From Squalus acanthias (lineage: Eukaryota): 64,000 nt of DNA. The translations under genes were made by a program, and so were the position numbers. Positions 19,400 to 31,500 of the stretch are shown here, piece by piece. Within the stretch, counting starts at the first letter, position 1. Each line of letters begins with the position of its first letter. The stretch spans positions 6,078,001-6,142,000 of the forward strand of contig JASTWF010000033.1 of NCBI GenBank assembly GCA_030390025.1. The letters are read 5' to 3'. The notes below the pieces were generated by a model, which did not search any database, had not been told where the DNA came from, and worked only from the letters and a program-made list of their open reading frames with translations.

Positions 19400-22264
19400 A
19401 AGCTACATGTTTTCCCATCGGACCAGGCAATTGCGATGGCTCAGTCATCACTTAATACCAGAATTTCTGGCTTTTGTATGGTTGAAATAACACTTAATGG
19501 TCACAGGTATCCCTCCACCCGGCTTTCGGTGCTCAAGGACTTATGTAGTGATCTTATCTTAGGGCTAGATTTTCAAAAGCAGCATAAGAAGCTCACCATT
19601 GAGTTCGGCGGATCCAAACCTGAACTCACTATTTCTAATATACGACCTCGATTACCGTTCTGTGCATTGTCAGCAGCTTCACTGGATGAACCCTCACTGT
19701 TTACCAGTATCCCTCCTCGATGCAAACCGATTATAACAAAGTCACGACGTTTCAGTCAGGAAGACCAGTCTTTTATTGCGGCTGAGATTTCTCGTCTTTT
19801 AGCAGAGGATATCATCGAGCCTTGTTCGTCGCCATGGCGCGCCCAGGTCGTTATTGTTAAGAACCCTCTACAACCTCACAAGAAACGGCTGTGCATTGAC
19901 TATTCACAGACCATCAATCAATATACGGACTTGGACGCATACCCATTGCCGCGCATCGATGATATGGTTAATAAACTGGCTGAGTACACGGTGTTCTCAA
20001 CATATGATCTGAAAAGTGCCTATCATCAGGTACCCTTGAAGGTCTCAGACAAGCAGTATACGGCCTTTGAAGCCAATGGACGGCTGTATCAATTTCGTCG
20101 CCTCCCCTTTGGGGTCACTAATGGAGTGGCTGTCTTCCAGCGAGCAATGGATGACCTGGTCAAACAGGAAGACTTAAAGGATACGTTTCCTTATCTGGAC
20201 AATATTACTGTCGCAGGTCGCAATCAGCGGGAACATGACGCCAATCTCCAACGATTTTGGGATGCACTCCAGCACCGTAATTTGACATTAAATGCGGCTA
20301 AATCCATTGAGTCACAACCAACCATCAACATCCTTGGCTATTGTGTGGGCAATGGCATCATTAAACCTGACCCTGAAAGGCTTCGCCCACTCCAAGAGCT
20401 CCCGCCACCTAAGAATACGGCCTCCTTGCGCCGGGCCCTCAGCCTGTTTGCATACTATGCTAAATGGATTCCTAACTTCTCGGACCGAATCCAACCTCTA
20501 CTGAAAGCCAGCACATTCCCACTAGACACAGCGGCTGTTGCAGCCTTTAACCTCCTGAAAAAACAGTTGGAGAAAGCGGCTCTTCACTCCATCGATGAGA
20601 GTCTTCCTTTTGTTGTTGAGTGTGATGCCTCGGAGGTGGCGATCTCGGCCACTCTGAATCAGGAAGGTCGTCCGGTGGCATTTTTGTCCAGGACTTTTCA
20701 AGGGGCTGAGCTACATTATCCTCCAGTCGAGAAAGAAGCTACAGCCATCATAGAGGCAGTACGGAAGTGGACTCATCTCCTAGCTCGCCAGCACTTTACC
20801 TTAATCACGGACCAGCGATCGGTCGCCTTCATGCTCGATAATCGAAAACGGACCAAAATTAAAAATAATAAAATCCAGCTTTGGCGGCTGGAATTGGCCT
20901 CTTTTGGTTACACCATCCACTATCGACCTGGCAAGGAGAATGTGGCTCCGGATACCCTCACACGAGCATTCTGCTCCGCCATGGCACCCTCTACGCTCGT
21001 AGACATCCATGATGGGTTGTGTCATCCGGGCGTTACTCGCATGCTACACTTCGTGCGGTCCCGAAATCTCCCATTCTCTACCGGGGATGTAAAGAAGATG
21101 TGCTCGGACTGCAGAGTCTGTGCGGAATTGAAACCTCAGTTTTTCCGCCCCTCGGGTGGTATACTCATACATGCGACCCAGCCAATGCAACGGCTTAGCA
21201 TCGATTTTAAGGGGCCGTTGCCCTCTTCAACTCGCAACACTTATCTATTGACCATGGTCGATGAGTATTCCCGTTTTCCATTTGCCTTTCCCTGCCCCAA
21301 TATGCTGACGACCACGGTTATCAGCTGCCTTGAGCAGGTATTTGCTTTCTGTGGCATGGCATCCTATGTTCATTCGGATCGGGGCCCTTCTTTTATGTCA
21401 GGAGAACTCAAGGCCTATCTCTCGGAACGGGGTATTGCTGCCAGCAGAACGACGCCTTATCATCCGGTCGGGAATGGGCAAGTCGAGCGTTTTAACGCTA
21501 TCATCTGGAATGCGGTACGTCTGGCTTTGAGATCTCGGGGCCTACCCAACCAGCAATGGGAAGCAGTACTTCCAGACGCATTACACTCCACACGGTCCCT
21601 CCTTTCGACCGCCACAAATACGACGCCTCATGAACGGTTCTTCCGATTTCAGCGTCGCTCATCCTATGGGATATCTCTCCCGTCATGGCTGACTGCACCG
21701 GGACCAGTGCTACTCCGAAGATATGTTCGGGCGTCTAAGAATGACCCCCTGGTAGATGAGGTTGAGCTCACTGACGTCAACCCTACCTACGCCTATATTC
21801 GGTATCCTGATGGTCGGGAATCTACCGTGTCCTTGCGGGATCTGGCTCCCTGCCCGCCGAAACATAGAGGGACACCAGGGGATGATATTGTACCAGGCAC
21901 ATCTCTGGGCTCGCCAGGTGCCTCTCATCACGATCTGGATCTGACGCCGGCTGGTACCTCACTCCAGCGTGCCGACCTGGGGCAGACTGACTATGAGCCC
22001 GTCGGGGCTCGCACGCGCAGCCACGATCCACCCTGTACCATACACTCGGAAGCGGATCTGCCACAGCCCTGCCCGACACCCGTTCGGGCACCAGTACACA
22101 GTCAGGATCGTCCTGACCCCTCACAGAGCGGGCTGGATCACTCGGACTCTGGTCCACGGCCCGCGGCGGGTAAACGGGCTAGGGGCCCTCTACCGCTACG
22201 AGAACCCAAACGGGTGCGGCTCTCCCTCGTCCAGCGGCTACGAAATGGAGGGAGAATGTGGTAA
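19400..22264 (+). CDS. pol: Pol (rest of protease, RT, RNase H, integrase), same frame as gag
   Basis: RLCIDY, YDLKSAYHQ, LPFG and YLDNI (RT); ECDAS and EKEA (RNase H); H..H..C..C, SIDFKGP, HSDRG and GNGQVERFN (integrase). Open to 22264. Confidence 0.95.
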   Translation, partial: KLHVFPSDQAIAMAQSSLNTRISGFCMVEITLNGHRYPSTRLSVLKDLCSDLILGLDFQKQHKKLTIEFGGSKPELTISNIRPRLPFCALSAASLDEPSLFTSIPPRCKPIITKSRRFSQEDQSFIAAEISRLLAEDIIEPCSSPWRAQVVIVKNPLQPHKKRLCIDYSQTINQYTDLDAYPLPRIDDMVNKLAEYTVFSTYDLKSAYHQVPLKVSDKQYTAFEANGRLYQFRRLPFGVTNGVAVFQRAMDDLVKQEDLKDTFPYLDNITVAGRNQREHDANLQRFWDALQHRNLTLNAAKSIESQPTINILGYCVGNGIIKPDPERLRPLQELPPPKNTASLRRALSLFAYYAKWIPNFSDRIQPLLKASTFPLDTAAVAAFNLLKKQLEKAALHSIDESLPFVVECDASEVAISATLNQEGRPVAFLSRTFQGAELHYPPVEKEATAIIEAVRKWTHLLARQHFTLITDQRSVAFMLDNRKRTKIKNNKIQLWRLELASFGYTIHYRPGKENVAPDTLTRAFCSAMAPSTLVDIHDGLCHPGVTRMLHFVRSRNLPFSTGDVKKMCSDCRVCAELKPQFFRPSGGILIHATQPMQRLSIDFKGPLPSSTRNTYLLTMVDEYSRFPFAFPCPNMLTTTVISCLEQVFAFCGMASYVHSDRGPSFMSGELKAYLSERGIAASRTTPYHPVGNGQVERFNAIIWNAVRLALRSRGLPNQQWEAVLPDALHSTRSLLSTATNTTPHERFFRFQRRSSYGISLPSWLTAPGPVLLRRYVRASKNDPLVDEVELTDVNPTYAYIRYPDGRESTVSLRDLAPCPPKHRGTPGDDIVPGTSLGSPGASHHDLDLTPAGTSLQRADLGQTDYEPVGARTRSHDPPCTIHSEADLPQPCPTPVRAPVHSQDRPDPSQSGLDHSDSGPRPAAGKRARGPLPLREPKRVRLSLVQRLRNGGRMW

Positions 22265-22315
22265 CACAATACAGCTTCCTGTGACTTGAACTTCATCCCG
22301 ACCTCCTAATCTTTT

Positions 22316-22328
22316 GGGGGGGGGAGAA
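22316..22328 (+). promoter_or_regulatory. Gypsy polypurine tract
   Basis: GGGGGGGGGAGAA directly before the 3' LTR TG. Confidence 0.92.
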
Positions 22329-22522
22329 TGTGGTAACACAATACAGCTTCCTGTGACTTGAACTTTATTACATCACTTCCTGTGATTAGTCCAGGATAAA
22401 TACTGGGCTGATCAGTCGGATCCTGGAGAGGCATAGAGCAAGACCTCTTTTGTATGTAGCACCTTTTTAGTTGATTAAAGCTTACTTTAAGTTCACCACG
22501 CGTAAGGCTCATTCTTACGACA
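22329..22522 (+). repeat. Gypsy 3' LTR
   Basis: 194 bp, 193/194 identical to 18042-18235. Confidence 0.98.
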
Positions 22523-25500
22523 ATGTGTAAATTAACAATTAACTGTAACTTGTTTCCCTGGTGCACAGGATACCATGTGTAAATTAACAATTAACTGTAA
22601 CATTATTCACTGGTGCAGAGGATACCAAGTGTAAATTAACAATTAACCGCAACTTTATTAACAGCTGTAGAGAATACCATGTGTAAATTAACAATTAACT
22701 GTAACTTTATTAACTGTTGTAGAGGATACCATGTGTAAATTATCAATTAACTGTAACTTTATCCCACGGTGTAGAGCAAACAATGTTTAAATTAACAATT
22801 AACTGTAACTTTATTCCCCGGTACAGAGGACACCATGTGTAAATTAACATTTAACTGTAACTTTTTTCCCGGTGTAGAGGATATCATGTGTAAATTAACA
22901 ATTAACTGCAACTTTTTCACTGCTGTAGAGGATACCATGTGTAAATTAACAATTAACTGTCACTTTATTCCCTGTTGTAGAGCATACCATGTTTAAATTA
23001 ACAATTAACTGTAAATTTATTCCCCGGTGTAGTGGATACAATGTTTAAATTAACAATTTACTGTAACTGTATTACCCGGGGAGGAGGATAAAACGTGTAA
23101 ATTTACAATTAACTGTGTCTTTATTCCCTGGTGTAGAGGATACCATGTGTAAATTATCAATTAACTGTAACTTTATTCCACGGTGTAGAGCAAACAATGT
23201 TTAAATTAACAATTAACTTCAATTTTAGTCCCCGGTGCAGCGGATACAATGTTTATATTAACAATTTCCTGTAACATTATTACCTGGTGTAGTGGATTCC
23301 ATGTGTAAATTAACAATTAACTGCAAATTTATTCCCCTGTGTAGAGGATACCATGTGTAAGTTATCAATTAACTGCAAATTTATTCCCCGGTGCAGAGGA
23401 TACAATGTTTAAATTAACAATTTCCTGTAACTTTATTCCCTGGTGTAATGGATTCCATGTGTAAATTTACTATTAACTGCAAATTTATTACCGGGGGAAG
23501 AGGATACCACGTGTAAATTAACAATTTACTGCAAATTTAATCTCCGGTGTACAGGATACCAAGTGTAAATTAACAATTAACTCCAACTTTTTTAACTGCT
23601 GTAGAGAATATCTTGTGTAAATTAACAATTAACTGTAAATTATTCCCCGATGTAGAGGATACCATGTGTAAATTAAACATTAACTGTAAATTTATTCCCT
23701 GGTGTGGAGGATACCATGTTTAAATTAATAATTAACTGTAAATTTATTCACTTGTGTAAAGGAAACCATGTGTAAATTAACAATTAACTGTAACATTATT
23801 CCCCGGTGCAGCGGATACCAAGTGTAAATTAACAATTAACTGAAACTTTATTAACTGCTGTAGAGAATATCATGTGTAAATTAACGATTAACTGTAACTT
23901 TATTAACTGGTGTAAAGGATACCATGTGTAAATTAACAATTAACTGCAACTTTTTCACTGCTGTAGAGGATACCATGTGTAAAATAACAATTAACTGTAA
24001 CATTATTCCCCGGTGCAGCGGATACCATGCGTAAATTAACAAATTACTGTAACTTTATTCACAGGTGCAGAGGATACCATGTGTAAATTAACAATTAAGT
24101 GTAACTTTATTCCCCGCTGTAGAGGATAAAATGTTTAAATTAACAATTAACTGTTACTATATTTCCCGGTGCAGAGGATACCATATGTAAATTGTCAATT
24201 AACTGGATCTTTATCACCCGGAGTAGTGGATACTATGTGTATATTAACAATTAACTGTAAATTATTCCCCGATGTAGAGGATACCATGTGTAAATTAACA
24301 ATTAACTGTAAATTATTCCCCGGTGTAGAGGATACCATGCGTAAATAAACTATTAACTGTAACTGTATTCCTCGCTGTCGGGGATACCATGTGTAAATTA
24401 ACAATTAACTGTAACTTTATTCCCCGGTACAGAGGACACCATGTGTAAATTAACATTTAACTGTAACTTTTTTCCCGGTGCAGAGGATTCCATGTGTAAA
24501 TTAACAATTAACTGCAACTTTTTCACTGCTTTAGAGGATACCATGTGTAAATTAACAATTAACTGTCACTTTATTCCCTGTTGTAGAGCATACCATGTTT
24601 AAATTAACAATTAACTGTAAATTTAATCCCCGGTGTAGTGGATACAATGTTTAAATTAACAATCTACTGTAACTGTATTACCCGGGGAGGAGGATAAAAC
24701 GTGTAAATTTACAATTAACTGTGTCTTTATTCCCTGGTGTAGAGGATACCATGTGTAAATTAATAATTAACTGTAAATTATTCCCCGGTGTAGAGGATAC
24801 CATGTGTAAATTAAACATTAACTGTAATTGTATTCCTCGCTGTCGGGGATAACATGTGTAAATTAACAATTAACTGTAAATTTATTCCCTGGTGTGGAGG
24901 ATACCATGTTTAAATTAACAATTAACTGAAACTTTATTAACTGGTGCAGTGGAGACCAAGTGCAAATTAACAATTAACTGAAACTTTATTAACTGCTGTA
25001 GAGAATACCATGTGTAAATTAACAATTAACTGTAACTTTATTAACTGGTGTAAATGATACCATGTGTAAATTAACAATTAACTATAACTTTATTCCATGG
25101 TGCAGAGAATACCATGTGTAAATTAACAATTAGCTGTAACTTTATTCCCGGTGTAGAGGATACCATGTGTAAATTAACAATTAACTGCAACTTTTTCACT
25201 GCTGTAGAGGATACCATGTGTAAATTAACAATTAACTATAACTTTATTCCATGGTGCAGAGGATACCATGTGTAAATTAACAATTAGCTGTAACTTTATT
25301 CCCGGTGTAGAGGATACCATGTGTAAATTAACAATTAACTGCAACTTTTTCACTGCTGTAGAGGATACCATGTGTAAATTAACAATTAACTATATCTTTA
25401 TTCCATGGTGCAGAGGATACCATGTGTAAATTAACAATTAACTGTAACTTTATTCACCAGTGTAGAGGATACCAAGCGTAAATTAAACATTAACTGTAAC

Positions 25501-28500
25501 TGTATTCCTCGCTGCCGGGGATACCATGTGTAAATTAACAATTAACTGTAACATTACTCACTGGTGCAGAGGATACCAAGTGTAAATTAACAATTAACTG
25601 AAACTTTATTAACTGCTGTAGAGAATATCATGTGTAAATTAACAATTAACTGTAACTTTATTAACTGGTGTAAAGGATACCATGTGTAAATTAACAATCA
25701 ACTGCAACTTTTTCACTGCTGTAGAGGATACCATGTGTAAAATAACAATTAACTGTAACATTATTCCCCGGTGCAGCGGATACCATGCGTAAATTAACAA
25801 ATTACTGTAACTTTATTCACAGGTGCAGAGGATACCATGTGTAAATTAACAATTAAGTGTAACTTTAATCCCCGCTGTAGAGGATAAAATGTTTAAATTA
25901 ACAATTAACTGTTACTATATTTCCCGGTGCAGAGGATACCATATGTAAATTGACAATTAACTGGATCTTTATCACCCGGTGTAGTGGATACCATGTGTAA
26001 ATTAACAATTAACTGTAAATTATTCCCCGATGTAGCGGATACCATGTGTAAATTAACAATTAACTGTAAATTATTCCCCGGTGTAGAGGATAACATGTGT
26101 AAATAAACTATTAAATGTAACTGTATTCCTCGCTGTCGGGGATACCATGTGTAAATTAACAATTAACTGTAACTTTATTCCCCGGTACAGAGGACACCAT
26201 GTGTAAATTAACATTTAACTGTAACTTTTTTCCCGGTGCAGAGGATACCATGTGTAAATTAACAATTAACTGCAACTTTTTCACTGCTTTAGAGGATACC
26301 ATGTGTAAATTAATAATTAACTGTCACTTTATTCCCTGTTGTAGAGCATACCATGTTTAAATTAACAATTAACTGTAAATTTATTCACCGGTGTAGTGGA
26401 TACAATGTTTAAATTAACAATCTACTGTAACTGTATTACCCGGGGAGGAGGATAAAACGTGTAAATTTACAATTAACTGTGTCTTTATTCCCTGGTGTAG
26501 AGGATACCATGTGTAAATTATCAATTAACTGTAACTTTATTCCACGGTGTAGAGCAAACAATGTTTAAATTAACAATTAACTTCAATTTTAGACCCCGGT
26601 GCAGCGGATACAATGTTTATATTAACAATTTCCTGTAACATTATTACCTGGTGTAGTGGATTACATGTGTAAATTAACAATTAATTGCAAATTTATTCCC
26701 CTGTGTAGAGGATACCATGTGTAAGTTATCAATTAACTGCAACTTTATTCCCCGGTGCAGAGGATACAATGTTTAAATTAACAATTTCCTGTAACTTTAT
26801 TCCCTGGTGTAATGGATTCCATGTGTAAATTTACAATTAAACTCAAATTTATTCCCGGGGGAAGAGGATACAATGTTTAAATTAACAATCTACTGTAACT
26901 GTATTACCCGGGGAGGAGGACAAAACGTGTAAATTTACAATTAACTGTGTCTTTATTCCCTGGTGTAGAGGATACCATGTGTAAATTATCAATTAACTGT
27001 AACTTTATTCCACGGTGTAGAGCAAACAATGTTTAAATTAACAATTAACTTCAATTTTAGACCCCGGTGCAGCGGATACAATGTTTATATTAACAATTTC
27101 CTGTAACATTATTACCTGGTGTAGTGGATTACATGTGTAAATTAACAATTAATTGCAAATTTATTCCCCTGTGTAGAGGATACCATGTGTAAGTTATCAA
27201 TTAACTGCAACTTTATTCCCCGGTGCAGAGGATACAATGTTTAAATTAACAATTTCCTGTAACTTTATTCCCTGGTGTAATGGATTCCATGTGTAAATTT
27301 ACAATTAACCTCAAATTTATTCCCGGGGGAAGAGGATACAATGTTTAAATTAACAATTTCCTGTAACTTTATTCCCTGCTGTAGTGGATTCCATGTGTAA
27401 ATTTACAATTAACTGCAAATTTATTCCCGGGAGAAGAGGATACCACGGGTAAATTAAAAAATTAACTGCAAATTTAATCTCCGGTGTAGAGGATACCGAG
27501 TGTAAATTAACAATTAACTGCAACTTTTTTAACTGCTGTAGAGAATACCTTGTGTAAAATAACAATTAACTGTAAATTATTCCCCGATGTAGAGTATACC
27601 ATGTGTAAATTAACAATTAACTGTAAATTATTCCCCGGTGTAGAAGATACCATGTGTAAATTAAACATTAACTGTAACTGTATTCCTCGCTGTCGGGGAT
27701 AACATGTGTAAATTAACAATTAACTGTAAATTTATTCCCTGGTGTGGAGGATACCATGTTTAAATTAACAATGAACTGAAACTTTATTAACTGGTGCAGT
27801 GGAGACCAAGTGCAAATTAACAATTAACTGAAACTTTATTAACTGCTGTAGAGAATACCATGTGTAAATTAACAATTAACTGTAACTTTATTAACTGGTG
27901 TAAAGGATACCATGTGTAAATTAACAATTAACTATAACTTTATTCCATGGTGCAGAGGATACCATGTGTAAATTAACAATTAACAGCAACTTTTTCACTG
28001 CTGTAGAGGATACCATGTGTAAATTAACAATTAACTATAACTTTATTCCATGGTGCAGAGGATACCATGTGTAAATTAACAATTAGCTGTAACTTTATTC
28101 CCGGTGTAGAGGATAACATGTGTAAATTAACAATTAACTGCAACTTTTTCACTGCTGTAGAGGATACCATGTGTAAATTAACAATTAACTATAACTTTAT
28201 TCCATGGTGCAGAGGATACCATGTGTAAATTAACAATTAACTGTAACTTTATTCACCGGTGTAGAGGATACCAAGCGTAAATTAACAAATTACTCTATCA
28301 TTATTCACTGGTGCAGAGGATACCATGTGTAAATTAACAATTAACTGTAACATTATTTACCGTTGTCGAGAATACCATGTGTAAATTAAAATTTAACTGT
28401 AACTTTTGTTCCTTGTGTGGGGAATACCATGTGTAAATTAACAATTAACTGTAACTATTTCCCCGGTGCAGAGGATACCATGTGTAAATTAACAAATTAC

Positions 28501-31500
28501 TGTAACTTTATGCCCCGGTGTCGTGGATACAATGTTTAATTTAACAATTAACTGTAACGTTTTCCCCGGTGTAGAGGATACCATGTGTAAATTAACAAAT
28601 AACTATAACTTTATTTCCCGATGCTGAGGATACCATATGTAAATTAACAATTAACTGTAATTTTATTCCCTGGTGTAGAGGATACAATGTGAAACTTAAC
28701 AATTAACTGTAACATTAATCCCAGGTGTAGAGGATACAATGTGTAAATTAACAATTAACTGTAAATTTATTCCCCGGTGTAGAGGATACCAGGTGTAAAT
28801 TAACAATTAATTGTAACTTTATTCACTGGTGCAGAGGAAACCATTTGTAAATTGACAATTAACTGTAACTTTTTTGCCCGGTGTAGTGGACACTATGTTG
28901 AAATTAACACTTAACTGTAACTTTATTCCGCGGTGTCGAGGATACTATGTTTAAATTATCACTTAACTGTAACTTTATTCCGCGGTGCAGAGGATACCAT
29001 GTGTAAATTAACAATTTACTGTAACTTTATTCCTGGTGTAGTGTATACTATGTTTAAATTAACAATTAACAGTAACTTGTTTCCCTGGTGCAGAGGATAT
29101 CATGTGTAAATTAACAATTATCTGTAAATTCATTCCCTGGTGCATTGGATAGCATGTGTAAATTAACAATTAACTGTAACTCTAATCCCTGGTGTAGAGG
29201 ACACCAGGTGTAAATTAACAATTAACTGTAACTTTATTCCTCGGTGTAGTGGATACAATGTGTAATATAACAATTATCTTTAAATTTATTTCCTGATGCA
29301 GAGGAGACCATGTGTAAATTAACAATAAACTGCAACTTTATTCACAGGTGTAGAGGATACCATATGTAAATTAACAATTTACTGTAACTTTATTCCTGGT
29401 GTAGAGAATACCATGTGTAAATTAACAATTAACTGTAACTTTATTCACTGCTGTTGAGGATAGCATGTGTAAAAGAACAATTAACTGTAACTTGATTAAC
29501 TGCTGTAGGGGATACCATGTGTAAATTAATAATTAACTTTAACTTTATTCACTGGTGCAGAGGATAGCATGTGTAAATGAACAATTAACTGTAACTTGAT
29601 TAACTGCTGTAGAGGATACCATGTGTAAATTAACAATTAACTGTAACTTTAATCCCCGGTGTAGAGGACACCATGTGTAAATTGACAACTTACTGTAACT
29701 TTATTCCCCGGTGGAGTGGATACAATGTGTAAATTAACAATTAACTGTAATTTTTTCGCTGCTGTAGTGGATACCATGTGTAAATTAACAATTAACTGTA
29801 ACTTTATTCAGCGGTGTAGAGGATACCATGTGTAAATTAACAATTAACTGTAACTTGTTTCCCTGGTGCACAGGATACCAAGTGTAAATTAACAATTATA
29901 TGTAACTTCATTCCCTGGTGCATTGGATAGCATGTGTAAATTAACAATTAACTGTCACTTTATTCCCTGGTGCAGAGGATAGCATGTGTAAATTAACAAT
30001 TAACTGTAACTCTAATCCCTGGTGTAGAGGACACCAGGTGTAAATTTACAATTAACTGTAACTTTATTCCTCGGTGTAGTGGATACAATGTGTAAAATAA
30101 CAATTATCTTTAAATGTATTTCCTGATGCAGAGGAGACCATGTGTAAATTAACAATTAACTGTAACTTTATTCCCAGGTGTAGAGGATACCATGTGTAAA
30201 TTAACAATTATCTGTTACTTTATTCCCCGGTGTAGAGGATACCGTGTGTAAATTAACAATTAACTGTAAATTTATTCCCTTGTGTGGAGGATACCATGTT
30301 TAAATTAACAATTAACTGAAACTTTATTAACTGGTGCAGTGGAGACCAAGTGCAAATTAACAATTAACTGAAACTTTATTAACTGCTGTAGAGAATACCA
30401 TGTGTAAATTAACAATTAACTGTAACTTTATTAACTGGTGTAAAGGATACCATGTGTAAATTAACAATTAACTATAACTTTATTCCATGGTGCAGAGGAT
30501 ACCATGTGTAAATTAACAATTAGCTGTAACTTTATTCCCGGTGTAGAGGATACCATGTGTAAGTTATCAATTAACTGCAACTTTATTCCCCGGTGCAGAG
30601 GATACAATGTTTAAATTAACAATTTCCTGTAACTTTATTCCCTGGTGTAATGGATTCCATGTGTAAATTTACAATTAACTGCAAATTTATTCCCGGGGGA
30701 AGAGGATACAATGTTTAAATTAACGGTTTCCTGTAACTTTATTCCTTGCTGTAGTGGATTCCATGTGTAAATTTACAATTAACTGCAAATTTATTCCCGG
30801 GGGAAGAGGATACCACGTGTAAATTAAAAATTAACTGCAAATTTAATCTCCGGTGTAGAGGATACCGAGTGTAAATTAACAATTAACTGCAACTTTTTTA
30901 ACTGCTGTAGAGAATACCTTGTGTAAAATAACAATTAACTGTAAATTATTCCCCGATGTAGAGTATACCATGTGTAAATTAACAATTAACTGTAAATTAT
31001 TCTCCGGTGTAGAGGATACCATGTGTAAATTAAACATTAACTGTAACTGTATTCCTCGCTGTCGGGGATAACATGTGTAAATTAACAATTAACTGTAAAT
31101 TTATTCCCTGGTGTGGAGGATACCATGTTTAAATTAACAATTAACTGTAACTTTATTAACTGGTGTAAAGGATACCATGTGTAAATTAACAATTAACTAT
31201 AACTTTATTCCATGGTGCAGAGGATACCATGTGTAAATTAACAATTAGCTGTAACTTTATTCCCGGTGTAGAGGATACCATGTGTAAATTAACAATTAAC
31301 TGCAACTTTTTCACTGCTGTAGAGGATACCATGTGTAAATTAACAATTAACTATAACTTTATTCCATGGTGCAGAGGATACCATGTGTAAATTAACAATT
31401 AGCTGTAACTTTATTCCCGGTGTAGAGGATACCATGTGTAAATTAACAATTAACTGCAACTTTTTCACTGCTGTAGAGGATACCATGTGTAAATTAACAA

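Larger units (their letters stand above)
18042..22522 (+). mobile_element. Full-length young Ty3/Gypsy LTR retrotransposon (Mag-like Gag), 4481 bp
   Basis: 194-bp LTRs with TG..CA ends, 5-bp TSD ATGTG (18037-18041 and 22523-22527), gag-PR-RT-RH-IN order, and a PPT. Confidence 0.98.

Noticed and set aside
21822..22289. Overlapping 106-111 aa ORFs near the Gypsy 3' end as an env or accessory gene
   Set aside because: These are GC-rich alternate frames over the low-complexity integrase tail, with no signal peptide, TM or domain.
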